Part shown: positions 24,799-36,700 of the stretch, piece by piece | How positions within the stretch are numbered: the first letter of the stretch is position 1 | How the letters are laid out: each line of letters starts with the position of its first letter | From: Macrostomum hystrix | Lineage: Eukaryota > Animalia > Platyhelminthes | Assembly: GCA_950097015.1 (NCBI GenBank) | Contig: CATNEN010000033.1 | Coordinates: 744,001 to 808,000, forward strand | Length of the DNA stretch: 64,000 nt | Direction: 5' to 3' | The notes under the pieces: generated by a model | Database searches by the model: none | What the model saw: the letters and a program-made list of their open reading frames with translations, nothing else | Told to the model about the DNA's origin: nothing | Made by a program: the position numbers and the translations under genes

Positions 24799-25072
24799 TC
24801 GACCACCTCCGTCCGCCGCATCAGCTGTTGTTTATAACAAATCTAATTAAAGTTTACTGTCTACAAAGTGTCCGATTAGAGTGTTGTCTGATTTCATTTA
24901 TTTAGTTCCATTCGCTTGCACATATCAAAGTCTCATACATCCGTGCAGGATTTGGTTAACTCCAACAACTCCTGCTCGTGGGCTAGGTATGCAAAGCTCC
25001 TAAATAGAGCTTCATGGCCCCTTAAACAAATTTCCCGTAGCTTATCTCTCCCAGTTTAATATCTCCCGTGTA

Positions 25073-25510
25073 TGATCTCTCCACTGTCTCATCTCTCCAC
25101 TGTCTTATCTCTCCCCTGTCTAATCTCTCCCCTCTCTCATCTCTCCCCTGTCTCATCTCTCCACTGTCGCATCTCTCCCCTGTCTCATCTCTTTACTGTC
25201 TTAACTCTCCACTGTCTCATCTCTCCACTGTCTCATCTCCCATGTCCCATCTCTCCACTATCTTATCTCTCCACTATCTCATCTCTCCACTGTCTCATCT
25301 CTCCACTGTCTTATCTCTCCACTATCTTATCTCTCCACTGTCTTATCTCTCCACTATCTTATCTCTCCCCTGTCTCATCTCTCCACTATCTTATCTCTCC
25401 CCTGTCTCATCTCTCCCCTGTCTTATCTCTCCACTGTCTTATCTCTCCCCCATCTTATCTCTCCACTGTCTCATCTCTCCACTGTCTCATCTCTCCACTA
25501 TCTCTCCACT
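25073..25510. repeat. Tandem array, 16-bp unit ATCTCTCCACTGTCT(C/T), ~27 partly degenerate copies
   Basis: Same unit as the array at 27240-28581. Confidence 0.93.
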
Positions 25511-26269
25511 CATCCCTCCCCTGTTTTCTATTAACCATGCCTCTCTATTCTTTAGGTTCACTACTTGGCCTGTGTGGCGTATAATTTTGTTGGTCCCTTG
25601 GCTATATAAAAATAAGTTTTTTAGGTTTCAGAGATGTACATTTTGTATTTTATTATATCTTCAATAGACTACATCAGTTGCATATTTTCACTGCTGTAGT
25701 ACGCCCCTAACTGACTGCTTATTATTAGTCATGTAAGTAGTGCATAGCAACCGCGAAATTTCTGCGTCGAATAATCTTTACTCTTGTACACACAAATTAT
25801 CGTTCTTTTCTATTGCTGTGTCTTTACTGCACTCCTCTCACTTTACAAGCATTTAACACAGACCGTTATGTCTAGTCATCTAGTCATTTGCTTATCCATT
25901 TTGTTTTGTGTTTATACAATATATTGTGTATTAATTACTTATGAATCAAAGTTTTTACTCGTATCTGTTATTCTACACGAAGACCGAACTGTTCATTAGT
26001 TTACATCGATGCAAAGCGTTCGCAACGTTATTTTATTTTCATAAAACTATATTATACTCGTACTTTTTGTATGGTTATGCTTTAATAACTAAATTCTGTA
26101 TTACATATGCAATTTTCTTTGAGCCGGATGATTCAATATAGGACTGCTTGCGATTCTGAAAATATTTCTCATCTTGTAGTTATGTCACACTCGTAAGTCT
26201 TTGTTTTTTCGCATTTGCTAGTAATTTATTTCTACTGCCGCTTTAGAGAATGACCTCAGAAACTATCAT

Positions 26270-26686
26270 AAGAATCGCAGCAGAAAAACCATCAGTAGAA
26301 TTGCAGCAGGAACCCATCGGTAGAATCAGTAGAATCGAAGCAGGAAACCATCGGTAGAATCGAAGCAGGAAACCATCGGTAGAATCGCAGCAGGGCATGG
26401 TCGGTAGAATCAGTAGAATCGCAGCAGGATATCGTATATAGAATCGCAGCAGGAACCCATCGGTAGAATTGAAGCAGGATATTGTAGATAGAATCGCAGC
26501 AGGAACCCATCGGTAGAATTGAAGCAGGATATTGTAGGTAGAATCGCAGCAGGAACCCATTGGTAGAATCGCAGCAGGAACCCATTGGTAGAATCGCAGC
26601 AGGATATCGTATATAGAATCGCAGCAGGAACCCATCGGTAGAATTGAAGCAGGATATTGTAGATAGAATCGCAGCAGGAACCCATC
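26270..26686. repeat. Tandem array of ~25-bp variant units (AGAATCGCAGCAGGAACCCATCGGT / AGAATTGAAGCAGGATATTGTAGAT)
   Basis: Alternating variant units; ends ~35 bp before ATG 26720. Confidence 0.9.
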
Positions 26687-26719
26687 CATGCGTCTGTTTA
26701 TTTGATTGCAGCTGCAGCT

Positions 26720-29700
26720 ATGCGGCAGTTGCTCAGCTGCAAGACCGCTGCAGTGTTATGCTATCTGTCAGTGGCATTCTGCGCGGTGGTCGGAGCCAAT
26801 CAGCAGCCGTGCAGCTGGTCACATTGGACCGTTTGCGCCGATTGCAGATCAGTCCGGACGAGAGTCTGCCGCTGCGGTTCTTCAGCTACTATGGCAGCCG
26901 CATCGGCATCGGATAGCTCAAGCAGCGGTGTCACAGAATCGCCACAGTCCAAGTCGGATTGCATCGCCGGCGCCGTCCAGGGCGATTGTCCAACCGAGCC
27001 GGCCTCTTGCTTCTTTTCCGGCTCATCTTCTGGCCTGCTGTCGCTCGGCTTGTCTTTTGTCTTCCTCGGCTGCGTCATGCTGGTCTGGCTGCGGATGCGG
27101 CGAGGAACTAATGCCATGGCTGGGTGAGAGCTCTGGAGCTGTCCTGGCTTTGTTTAACAGTAGGGCTACCAAGCCATTTTGCCGTCCGTTTTTATACCAA
27201 GGGGGATTTTTTGCTGCACTCTAACGGAGCAACGAAAGCTCATCTCTTCACTGTCTTTTCTCTCCACTGTCTTGTCTCTCCACTGTCTTATCTCTCCACT
27301 GTCTCATCTCTCCACTGTCTTATCTCTCCACTGTCTTATCTCTCCACTGTCTCATCTCTCCACTGTCTCATCTCTCCACTGTCTCATCTCTCCACTGTCT
27401 CATCTCTCCACTGTCTTATCTCTCCACTGTCTCATCTCTCCACTGTCTTATCTCTCCACTGTCTTATCTCTCCACTGTCTCATCTCTCCACTGTCTCATC
27501 TCTCCACTGTCTCATCTCTCCACTGTCTCATCTCTCCACTGTCTCATCTCTCCACTGTCTCATCTCTCCACTGTCTTATCTCTCCACTGTCTCATCTCTC
27601 CACTGTCTTATCTCTCCACTGTCTTATCTCTCCACTGTCTTATCTCTCCACTGTCTCATCTCTCCACTGTCTCATCTCTCCACTGTCTCATCTCTCCACT
27701 GTCTTATCTCTCCACTGTCTCATCTCTCCACTGTCTCATCTCTCCACTGTCTCATCTCTCCACTGTCTTATCTCTCCACTGTCTCATCTCTCCACTGTCT
27801 CATCTCTCCACTGTCTTATCTCTCCACTGTCTTATCTCTCCACTGTCTCATCTCTCCACTGTCTCATCTCTCCACTGTCTCATCTCTCCACTGTCTCATC
27901 TCTCCACTGTCTCATCTCTCCACTGTCTCATCTCTCCACTGTCTTATCTCTCCACTGTCTCATCTCTCCACTGTCTTATCTCTCCACTGTCTCATCTCTC
28001 CACTGTCTCATCTCTCCACTGTCTCATCTCTCCACTGTCTTATCTCTCCACTGTCTCATCTCTCCACTGTCTCATCTCTCCACTGTCTTATCTCTCCACT
28101 GTCTCATCTCTCCACTGTCTTATCTCTCCACTGTCTCATCTCTCCACTGTCTCATCTCTCCACTGTCTCATCTCTCCACTGTCTCATCTCTCCACTGTCT
28201 TATCTCTCCACTGTCTCATCTCTCCACTGTCTTATCTCTCCACTGTCTTATCTCTCCACTGTCTCATCTCTCCACTGTCTCATCTCTCCACTGTCTCATC
28301 TCTCCACTGTCTCATCTCTCCACTGTCTCATCTCTCCACTGTCTCATCTCTCCACTGTCTTATCTCTCCACTGTCTCATCTCTCCACTGTCTCATCTCTC
28401 CACTGTCTTATCTCTCCACTGTCTCATCTCTCCACTGTCTTATCTCTCCACTGTCTTATCTCTCCACTGTCTCATCTCTCCACTGTCTTATCTCTCCACT
28501 GTCTCATCTCTCCACTGTCTCATCTCTCCACTGTCTCATCTCTCCACTGTCTCATCTCTCCACTGTCTTATCTCTCCACTGTGTGGAACAAGCGTCACCA
28601 GGCGAATATGGACATCCTGAGCAAATTTCTCCCATTTCGCTGATCAAGCCTCAATATGAGACGAAGCTCAACTATAGGACCCTCGCCTAGTCTGTCAACC
28701 AATGCGTCACCACCCGACACCGTCAGCATCGTCAGCAGGGTGCCTTCAGTTGAGGAGGCTACGGAGTCCCTAAAGTGGATTTTTCTACTGTCGCTCATGA
28801 AGCTTAAACTCAAGTATTACTTGTTGAAAGTCCATCAGCACAGTGACCTCCGAAGTCGAAGGTGATGCAGACACATTCGGGTCGGTTGATGTCCTGATAA
28901 AGTTTGAAGGCCCGACATTCGGCCAGAACCATTGAATATCTCGACGGTCTCAGGGGCTGACGACTTAAATCTTTTTTCAGAAGATGCGCAAAAAAGTTAG
29001 CCTGTGTGCTTGAGTTTCGTGTGCTTGAGTTTCGTGTGCTTGAGTTTCGTGTGCTTGAGTTTCGTGTGCTTGAGTTTCGGTTCTTGAGTTTCGTGTGCTT
29101 GAGTTTCGTGTGCTTGAGTTTCGTGTGCTTGAGTTTCGTGTGCTTGAGTTTCGTGTGCTTGAGTTTCGTGTGCTTGAGTTTCGTGTGCTTGAGTTTCGTG
29201 TGCTTGAGTTTCGTGTGCTTGAGTTTCGTGTGCTTGAGTTTCGTGTGCTTGAGTTTCGTGTGCTTGAGTTTCGTGTGCTTGAGTTTCGTGTGCTTGAGTT
29301 TCGTGTGCTTGAGTTTCGTGTGCTTGAGTTTCGTGTGCTTGCGTTACTCCGTTCTGGCGCAGCACAAATAATTGTCACGGGGGATTTCCCTCCCCCCCTT
29401 GGTAGTTCTACTGTAAAAGTTTCCCGGATGCCTCAATCAGGATATAGTTCCGAAGCCGTCAAGACGTTTATTCATTGTTTATCAGCGTTAAATCCCAAAA
29501 TTATTCTCCCGAATTTATGCTCCCTGTCAGCTCGCGGCCAGCGATCCTCGGGGCTCTGGCCGGCGTCGGCACTTCGTCATCGACTAATTCAGCAGCGTCG
29601 ACAGCTTTCGCCAGGCCGCCGGCTTACGATGCGCCGCCGTCGTACAGCGAGTGCGTCGTCGTTGAACCGTCGTCCAATTCCGGCGAAACCAATCGACCGC

Positions 29701-29954
29701 CGGAAACTGGCGACGACCTGCCGCCGGAGTATGAAGAGGCCGTCGCTCGGTTCAAGCGCGAGGTGCGCTTCTCCACACAGCGTTTACCGCAGACGGCCGC
29801 AGCCGCCACCGCCGCCGCCGCCACCGCCGCCGCCGTCGCCGCCGCAGACAACCCGGCCTTCGTTGCTGAGGACAATTCTGTTGGTACGGCGGCGAATGAC
29901 CCCGGAGGCTCCAACGAACCGCGATCTGAATTCAGCAACGCGACAGAATCCTAG
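26720..29954 (+). CDS. Type I membrane protein: signal peptide, TSP1-like ectodomain, TM, tail with three PPxY motifs; 2 exons, ~275 aa
   Basis: Exon 1 26720-27123 (donor GG|GTGAG), exon 2 29531-29954 (acceptor CTGTCAG|C), phase 2 on both sides. CSWSHWTVCADCRSVRTRVC resembles a thrombospondin type-1 repeat (WxxW, RxR); TM LLSLGLSFVFLGCVMLVWL; PPAY, PPSY, PPEY. Confidence 0.8.
27240..28581. repeat. Intronic tandem array, 16-bp unit ATCTCTCCACTGTCT(C/T), ~84 copies
   Basis: Accounts for the ~500-aa ORFs at 27124 and 27179 (16-aa periodicity). Confidence 0.97.
28582..29365. repeat. Dispersed repeat, copy 2 (module A ~28582-28745, module B ~28825-29365) with an internal 15-bp expansion
   Basis: Homologous to 20380-20830; homology resumes after the internal array (GCGTTACTCCGTTCTGG vs GCGTTGTTCCGTTCTGG). 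Confidence 0.85.
29004..29341. repeat. Tandem array, 15-bp unit GTGTGCTTGAGTTTC, ~22 copies
   Basis: Direct reading. Confidence 0.97.
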
Positions 29955-31071
29955 ATAATTATCAGAAAGAATCCTGGACTATGATCAGACAGAATCCTAG
30001 ACTATTTTCAAACAGAATCCCAGACTATGGTCAAACAGAATCCTAGACTATGATCAGACAGAATCCTAGACTATGATCAGACAGAATCCTAGACTATGAT
30101 CAGACAGAATCCTAGACTATAAGCAGACAGAATCCTTGACTATGATCAGACAGAATCCTAGACTATAAACAGACAGAATCCTAGACTATAGGCAGACAGA
30201 ATCCTTGACTATAAGCAGACAGAATCCTAGACTATAAGCAGACAGAATCCTGGACTATAAGCAGACAGAATCCTAGACTATAGGCAGACAGAATCCTTGA
30301 CTATAAGCAGACAGAATCCTAGACTATAGGCAGACAGAATCCTTGACTATAGGCAGACAGAATCCTTGACTATAAGCAGACAGAATCCTTGACTATAAGC
30401 AGACAGAATCCTAGACTATAGGCAGACAGAATCCTTGACTATAAGCAGACAGAATCCTGGACTATAAGCAGACAGAATCCTTGACTATAAGCAGACAGAA
30501 TCCTAGACTATAGGCAGACAGAATCCTTGACTATAAGCAGACAGAATCCTAGACTATAGGCAGACAGAATCCTTGACTATAGGCAGACAGAATCCTAGAC
30601 TATAGGCAGACAGAATCCTTGACTATAGGCAGACAGAATCCTTGACTATAGGCAGACAGAATCCTAGACTATAGGCAGACAGAATCCTTGACTATGAGCA
30701 GACAGAATCCTAGACTATAGGCAGACAGAATCCTATACTATGAGCAGACAGAATCCTAGACTATAGGCAGACAGAATCCTAGACTATAGGCAGACAGAAT
30801 CCTAGACTATAAGCAGACAGAATCCTAGACTATAGGCAGACAGAATCCTAGACTATAGGCAGACAGAATCCTAGACTATAGGCAGACAGAATCCTAGACT
30901 ATAGGCAGACAGAATCCTTGACTATAAGCAGACAGAATCCTAGACTATAGGCAGACAGAATCCTAGACTATAGGCAGACAGAATCCTTGACTATGATCAG
31001 ACAGAATCCTAGACTATAGGCAGACAGAATCCTATACTATGAGCAGACAGAATCCTAGACTATGATCAGAC
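29942..31071. repeat. Tandem array, 23-bp unit GACAGAATCCTAGACTATAGGCA, ~49 copies
   Basis: Direct reading; the first unit overlaps the last codons and TAG of the TSP1-TM gene. Confidence 0.97.
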
Positions 31072-31715
31072 ACTCCTACTCGTATATCATGCTTCAAACT
31101 AGTCCAGTTCATAGGCACTAAGATATCAGGGCTGAACTCGTATTTTTGCTATTCACGCACGCCTCTGACCGCCTTCAGTATATGTGCTAATACTCACCTG
31201 TCATTAATATTTTTCAATCACCGAGATCACCTGGCTAAGCTCTCCTGTCCTCCAAAGGCCATTTCCGACTGCTGTTATTTTACACTGTTTTAGTCAAGTC
31301 CTGTTATTATTAATTTTGCTTTGTTTTTAAGGATGACATAATCGTCGTGTATCAATCGATCCATCCTTTAGTCAATAAGCATATCGAATGTGTCATAAAT
31401 GTTTTACACTTTTTGCTACTTGTCAGTTTCTTCACACCTTTTACCTGACTCTATTTTGTTTGTTTGTGTCATGAGTTTTTGTTGGTGTCCATGGACTGAA
31501 CAGCCACGGCTGTGTACATCTGGTCAAACTGTATGTGATTTACTTCTGTCATTTTGTTTGTTTTGCTTTCAGTTGCTGCCTTAAAAGTGTTTTTGGTGAG
31601 TAGCATGTATTCTATACCCAAGCTATCAGTTAATTTTATTAACTTCCTTTAAGAATATGTACAAAATGTGTATAAAAATGTTTTGAATTAGTTAACACTT
31701 GTTACTCATGCGCTT

Positions 31716-33205
31716 CCCATTCACAAAATCCTCTATTCAGCGAACTCTCCATTCACTAAATCCCCCATTCACTAAATCCTCTATTCACTAAATCCCCCAT
31801 TCACTAAATCCCCCATTCACTAAATCCTCTATTAAGCGAACTCTCCATTCACAAAATCCTCTATTCAGCGAACTCTCCATTCGCTAAATCCTCTATTAAG
31901 CGAACTCTCCATTCACTAAATCCTCTATTCACTAAATCCCCCATTCACTAAATCCTCTATTCAGCGAACTCTCCATTCACTAAATCCCCCATTCACTAAA
32001 TCCTCTATTCAGCGAACTCTCCATTCACTAAATCCCCCATTCACTAAATCCTCTATTCACTAAATCCCCCATTCACTAAATCCCCCATTCACTAAATCCT
32101 CTATTAAGCGAACTCTCCATTCACTAAATCCTCTATTAAGCGAACTCTCCATTCACTAAATCCTCTATTCAGCGAACTCTCTATTCACAAAATCCTCTAT
32201 TCAGCGAACTCTCTATTCACTAAATCCTCTATTCAGCGAACTCTCCATTCACTAAATCCCCCATTCACTAAATCCTCTATTCAGCGAACTCTCTATTCAC
32301 AAAATCCTCTATTCAGCGAACTCTCCATTCACAAAATCCTCTATTCAGCGAACTCTCCATTCACAAAATCCTCTATTCAGCGAACTCTCCATTCACAAAA
32401 TCCTCTATTCAGCGAACTCTCCATTCACAAAATCCTCTATTCAGCGAACTCTCCATTCACAAAATCCTCTATTCAGCGAACTCTCCATTCACTAAATCCT
32501 CTATTCAGCGAACTCTCTATTCACTAAATCCCCCATTCACTAAATCCTCTATTCAGCGAACTCTCCATTCACTAAATCCTCTATTCAGCGAACTCTCTAT
32601 TCACTAAATCCCCCATTCACTAAATCCTCTATTTACCGAACTCTCTAGTTACTAAATCCCCCATTCACTAAATCCCCCATTCACTAATCCTCTATTAAGC
32701 GAACTCTCCATTCACTAAATCCCCCATTCACTAATCCTCTATTTACCGAACTCTCTATTTACTAAATCCCCCATTCACTAAATCCATCATTCACTAAATC
32801 CCCCATTCACTAAATCCTCTATTTACCGAACTCTCTAGTTACTAAATCCCCCATTCACTAATCCTCTATTCAGTGAACTCTCCATTCACTAAATCCCCCA
32901 TTCACTAATCCTCTATTTACCGAACTCTCTATTCACTAAATCCCCCATTCACTAAATCCCCCATTCACTAATCCTCTATTTACCGAACTCTCTATTTACT
33001 AAACCCCCCATTCACTAAATCCATCATTCACTAAATCCCCCATTCACTAAATCCTCTATTCACTAAATCCTCTATTTACCGAACTCTCTATTTACTAAAT
33101 CCCCCATTCACTAAATCCATCATTCACTAAATCCTCTATTTACCGAACTCTCTATTTACTAAATCCCCCATTCACTAAATCCATCATTCACTAAATCCCC
33201 CATTC
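31716..33205. repeat. Complex tandem array of 15-bp (TCCCCATTCACTAAA-type) and 17-bp (CTATTCAGCGAACTCTC-type) subunits
   Basis: Irregularly interleaved subunits forming ~32- and ~47-bp higher-order units. Confidence 0.93.
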
Positions 33206-33717
33206 GCATGATCATCTATTCACTTAATTCCCTAACTAACCAAATATTATATGTCTATTCTCAGTTCTAATTATTCTTTGATCAAATTCTCGTTTTCTCG
33301 TGCAGTTTGTATGACACACTATATAAAATATTGAGTTCGTGTTTATGCAGTCATAAGTGTGTTTGAAGCTGTCTTTTATGGCTGTGGGTTAATAAATGTT
33401 TTGTCAGTAACATTTGTTTTTTTTTCTATTCGGTATTTCATTTTTTACTTGAATTAAAATATCAAATATATTCAAGTGAAAACCGTTTGGTAAAAAGGCA
33501 AGCTTGTTATCTTATTTTTAGCAATATTGTAGAGATTTTTGTTATAGCTTTTATGTAGGATAGATTATCAGTCCGTGCTAGGAGATTATCAATCCGTGCT
33601 AGAGTATTATCAGTGCACTGTATCGACTTGTTGTCTCTGGAATCTTCAGACTAATATCGTCGAATTCAACGAGCCGCTGATCCGGCAGTGCTAGGCAGCC
33701 TGCTGCCCGAAGCCGTC

Positions 33718-36700
33718 ATGACCAGCCTCTGCGTGTTCAAAGACGGGAGCCTTGACTGCCGGGCTCGCCTGGTCGGCCTCGACGCGCAGGCTCGTGCAAT
33801 CTACGCATTCGGCGACTTCCTGCGCCGTGCTGTCCCGCCAGGGCCGCTGGTGCTACGCCGACGGTCGCCTGGCCGAGAGTCTGCAGGCAGACGTCCTCGG
33901 CCGGACAAGGTGCTTGGCTGCCGGGCCGGACGGTGTCTACCTGGTTGACGAGGCCGGCGGTCGGGTCAGCTTCCTGGCGTGGGGCCGGGCCGCCTTGTGC
34001 CCCCTAACTCTGCCCATTGCTGGTGAGTTGATAGGCTCAACATGCACTAGGCTACAATCCCCACTAAGCTACAACCCCCACTAGGCTACAACCCCACTAG
34101 GCTACAACCCCCACTAGGCTACTATCTTCACTAAGCTACAATCCCCACTAGGCTACAATCCCCACTAGGCTACAACCCCCACTAGGCTACAATCCCCACT
34201 AGGCTACAATCCCCACTAGGCTACAATCCCCACTAGGCTACAATCCCCACTAGGCTACAATCCCCACTAGGCTACAATCCCCACTAGGCTACAGTCCCCT
34301 GTTCGTGGAGTCCTAATTCGTTGGTATCCGTAACTATATCAAAAGTGTTTGAGTCTAGTTCCTAGTTCTCAATTCCCCATTCGATTCCCAGGCCTTCGCA
34401 TCGACTCCGTAGCCTGCAGCGATCGCAGCGTCCTGTTGCTAACCGAATGCGGCAACGTGTACAGCATGGGCTCCGGTCCCTGCCTGGGCCTTGGCGAGCC
34501 CGACCCAGCAAAGGTGGCCGCCGGCCCAGTTCAGCTGCGCGGCCTCACCAGAATCTGCCAGATCGTCTGCGGTCGCCGGCACTGTCTAGCGTTGCGCAAT
34601 TGTCACAGAAAGAATGCCGACTTGGCCGGAGCTCTCGCCGCCGGGCCCAGCCAGCAGGACGACTCGGCCAGCCTGCCCTGGCTTGCCACATTCTCCAACT
34701 ATACCAGCAGCTTCCTGCGCTCCAGCATCCCGAGCTTCATCGCCGACCGGCTTCCTGCCGCTGCCGACCGGCCGCAGGAGCTGCTGCGGGCCACCCTTCT
34801 GGGCCGCCTGGTTGTCGGCCGACAACAGCCGCCACCTCAGCTGCAGCAGCAGCAGCAGCAGCAGCAGCAGCTTCAATCGTTCGGCATCATCGCCAGACGA
34901 TCTAGTAACGGTCCTCGCGGTCTCTACAGCCGATGCGGGATTATCAGCGGAGGAAGTGGCCCTGCTGGCTGACGAAGCCGCTCTGGCCAGCCTAGGACTA
35001 GACCAGGCCTCTCTGGTCCTGGGGAAACCTTCGCTTCAGCAGCAGCAGCAGCAGCAGCATCCCACTCACGTCGGCACCTGCACCCTCGATGTTGCGCAAT
35101 CTGGCTCTTGGCAGCGAGTCTGTCCAGTCTGCGCTGCAGGAGCGACTCAAGAAGATCTCCAGCCTGTCCCAGATGTTCAGCCTCAGTCAGAACTCCGTGG
35201 ACTCTGCCGGTGGCAGCGGATCAGCTCCGGCCCCGACAGCGGCGACGACCAACGCTGCTATGGCCTCCTCCGCAGCCGACGCTGATGCCGAGGATGCTGA
35301 CGCCGGACGATCTGTGGACTCCACCAGCACATCGTCGGTGTTTGGCAGCTCGTCGAATCCAAGCGCCACCCAGTCGCCGGAGAAGCGAAAGCAAACCGGC
35401 CAAGCCATTGAAGCCGGCGTCGCGAACGAGGAAGATGGGACAGTTCGGCCGCGCTGGAAGGTCCGGCCGCCGGACAGCGGAGCCTCCGCGCGCGGCCAGC
35501 GTCGGGCCCGGCTGGAGCACGCCAGCCTGCACTGGGGAGAGAGCTCCGTCTACAGCTGGGGCGACAACAGCCACGGCCAGCTGGGCATCGCCGACCAGCC
35601 CGGTCCGCAGCTCCGGCCAGTGTGCGTGGTGGCTCTGGAAGGCCGCGACATTGTCCGACTGGGCGCCGGCTCCGCTCATTCCGTAGCTCTTACCGGCTTC
35701 GGACAGGCGCTCACCTGGGGTGACAACTCGCGTCGCCAGCTGGGCAGGCGGATTTCAGCCCGCCTCCGCCGCAGCCGCCGCAGCATCGGCTGCCAGTTCG
35801 GACAAAGCTTCGACTGCCGCAGGGGAAGCTGTCAGCAGCTGCTGCTGCAGCCAGCCGTTGCCAGCCGAGACGCCGATTCCCTGCGCAGTCTGGGACGTGG
35901 CCGCCCAGGACGACTGGACAGCCCTGACCGTGTACATTCGCCAGCAGCGCCCGGATGTCTTCGTGTTTGGCAACTGCGCCAGAGACAATGCAGGCGGCGA
36001 TTTTGGCGGCGGAGACGGATCTAGCGGTGCCTCCGGCAGCTCTGCTGGCAAAGACGGTGACTCAGCTAGCAGGTTGAACGCCCTGCCAACTGGCAGCTTT
36101 GTTAGTCACGTGGCCTGCGCCGACAGGGTCTGCTGCTGCGTCGTGGTCGAAGATGACGCTGAGCATCGACGGCGTTGGGCTGCTCTGACCGCCCGAGTTC
36201 TGCACGAATTGCTGGCCGGAGAGAAGGCGTACCTCCAGCGCCTGCTGGGCCTGCACGCGGCCTGTGTCCAGCCGGTTGCCAGGCGGCGCGAGCTGCACGA
36301 CCTCATGCAGGTGAGCGATGAATGATATACCATGCTCACCAGGCATTTACCTGTCACGGATGATGTTTTTCCCCTTTCCTGATCTACCAACAAATCCCCA
36401 AATAGGGAAGCTTATCCTCTTTCCTGATTTTCTCACCAATCCCCATTTCCGGAAGTTTATCTCCTTGCCAAATCTACATAACAATCTCAAAAATGTTCAC
36501 TTTATCACTTCCGTGAGTCCGGATGGAGCAGGCATTGGCATCAAGCAGCTTTATTGATTCATTTAATTGATTGGCTGGTACATTTTACTATTCCTTTAAA
36601 TCAACACTGATCCCATCTCAGGAGGCGCCCTGGGGTACCGCCATGCTCAGCCTGTTTGACAGCACCGTGCACCTGCTGCACCTGGCCTACCTAAACTGCC

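Noticed and set aside
26790-26870. Functional link between the GDP-fucose transporter and O-fucosylation of the nearby TSP1-like domain
   Set aside because: The POFUT2 consensus C-x-x-S/T-C is absent (CADC), and proximity alone is not evidence.
27124-28690. ~500-aa ORFs, and likewise those at 3080, 18025, 19326, 25068, 29006, 48968-50706, 51220, 53640, 57988-59375, 61952 and 63262-63979
   Set aside because: Periodic translations of stop-free repeat units, usually open in several frames or both strands, and lying in introns or intergenic DNA.
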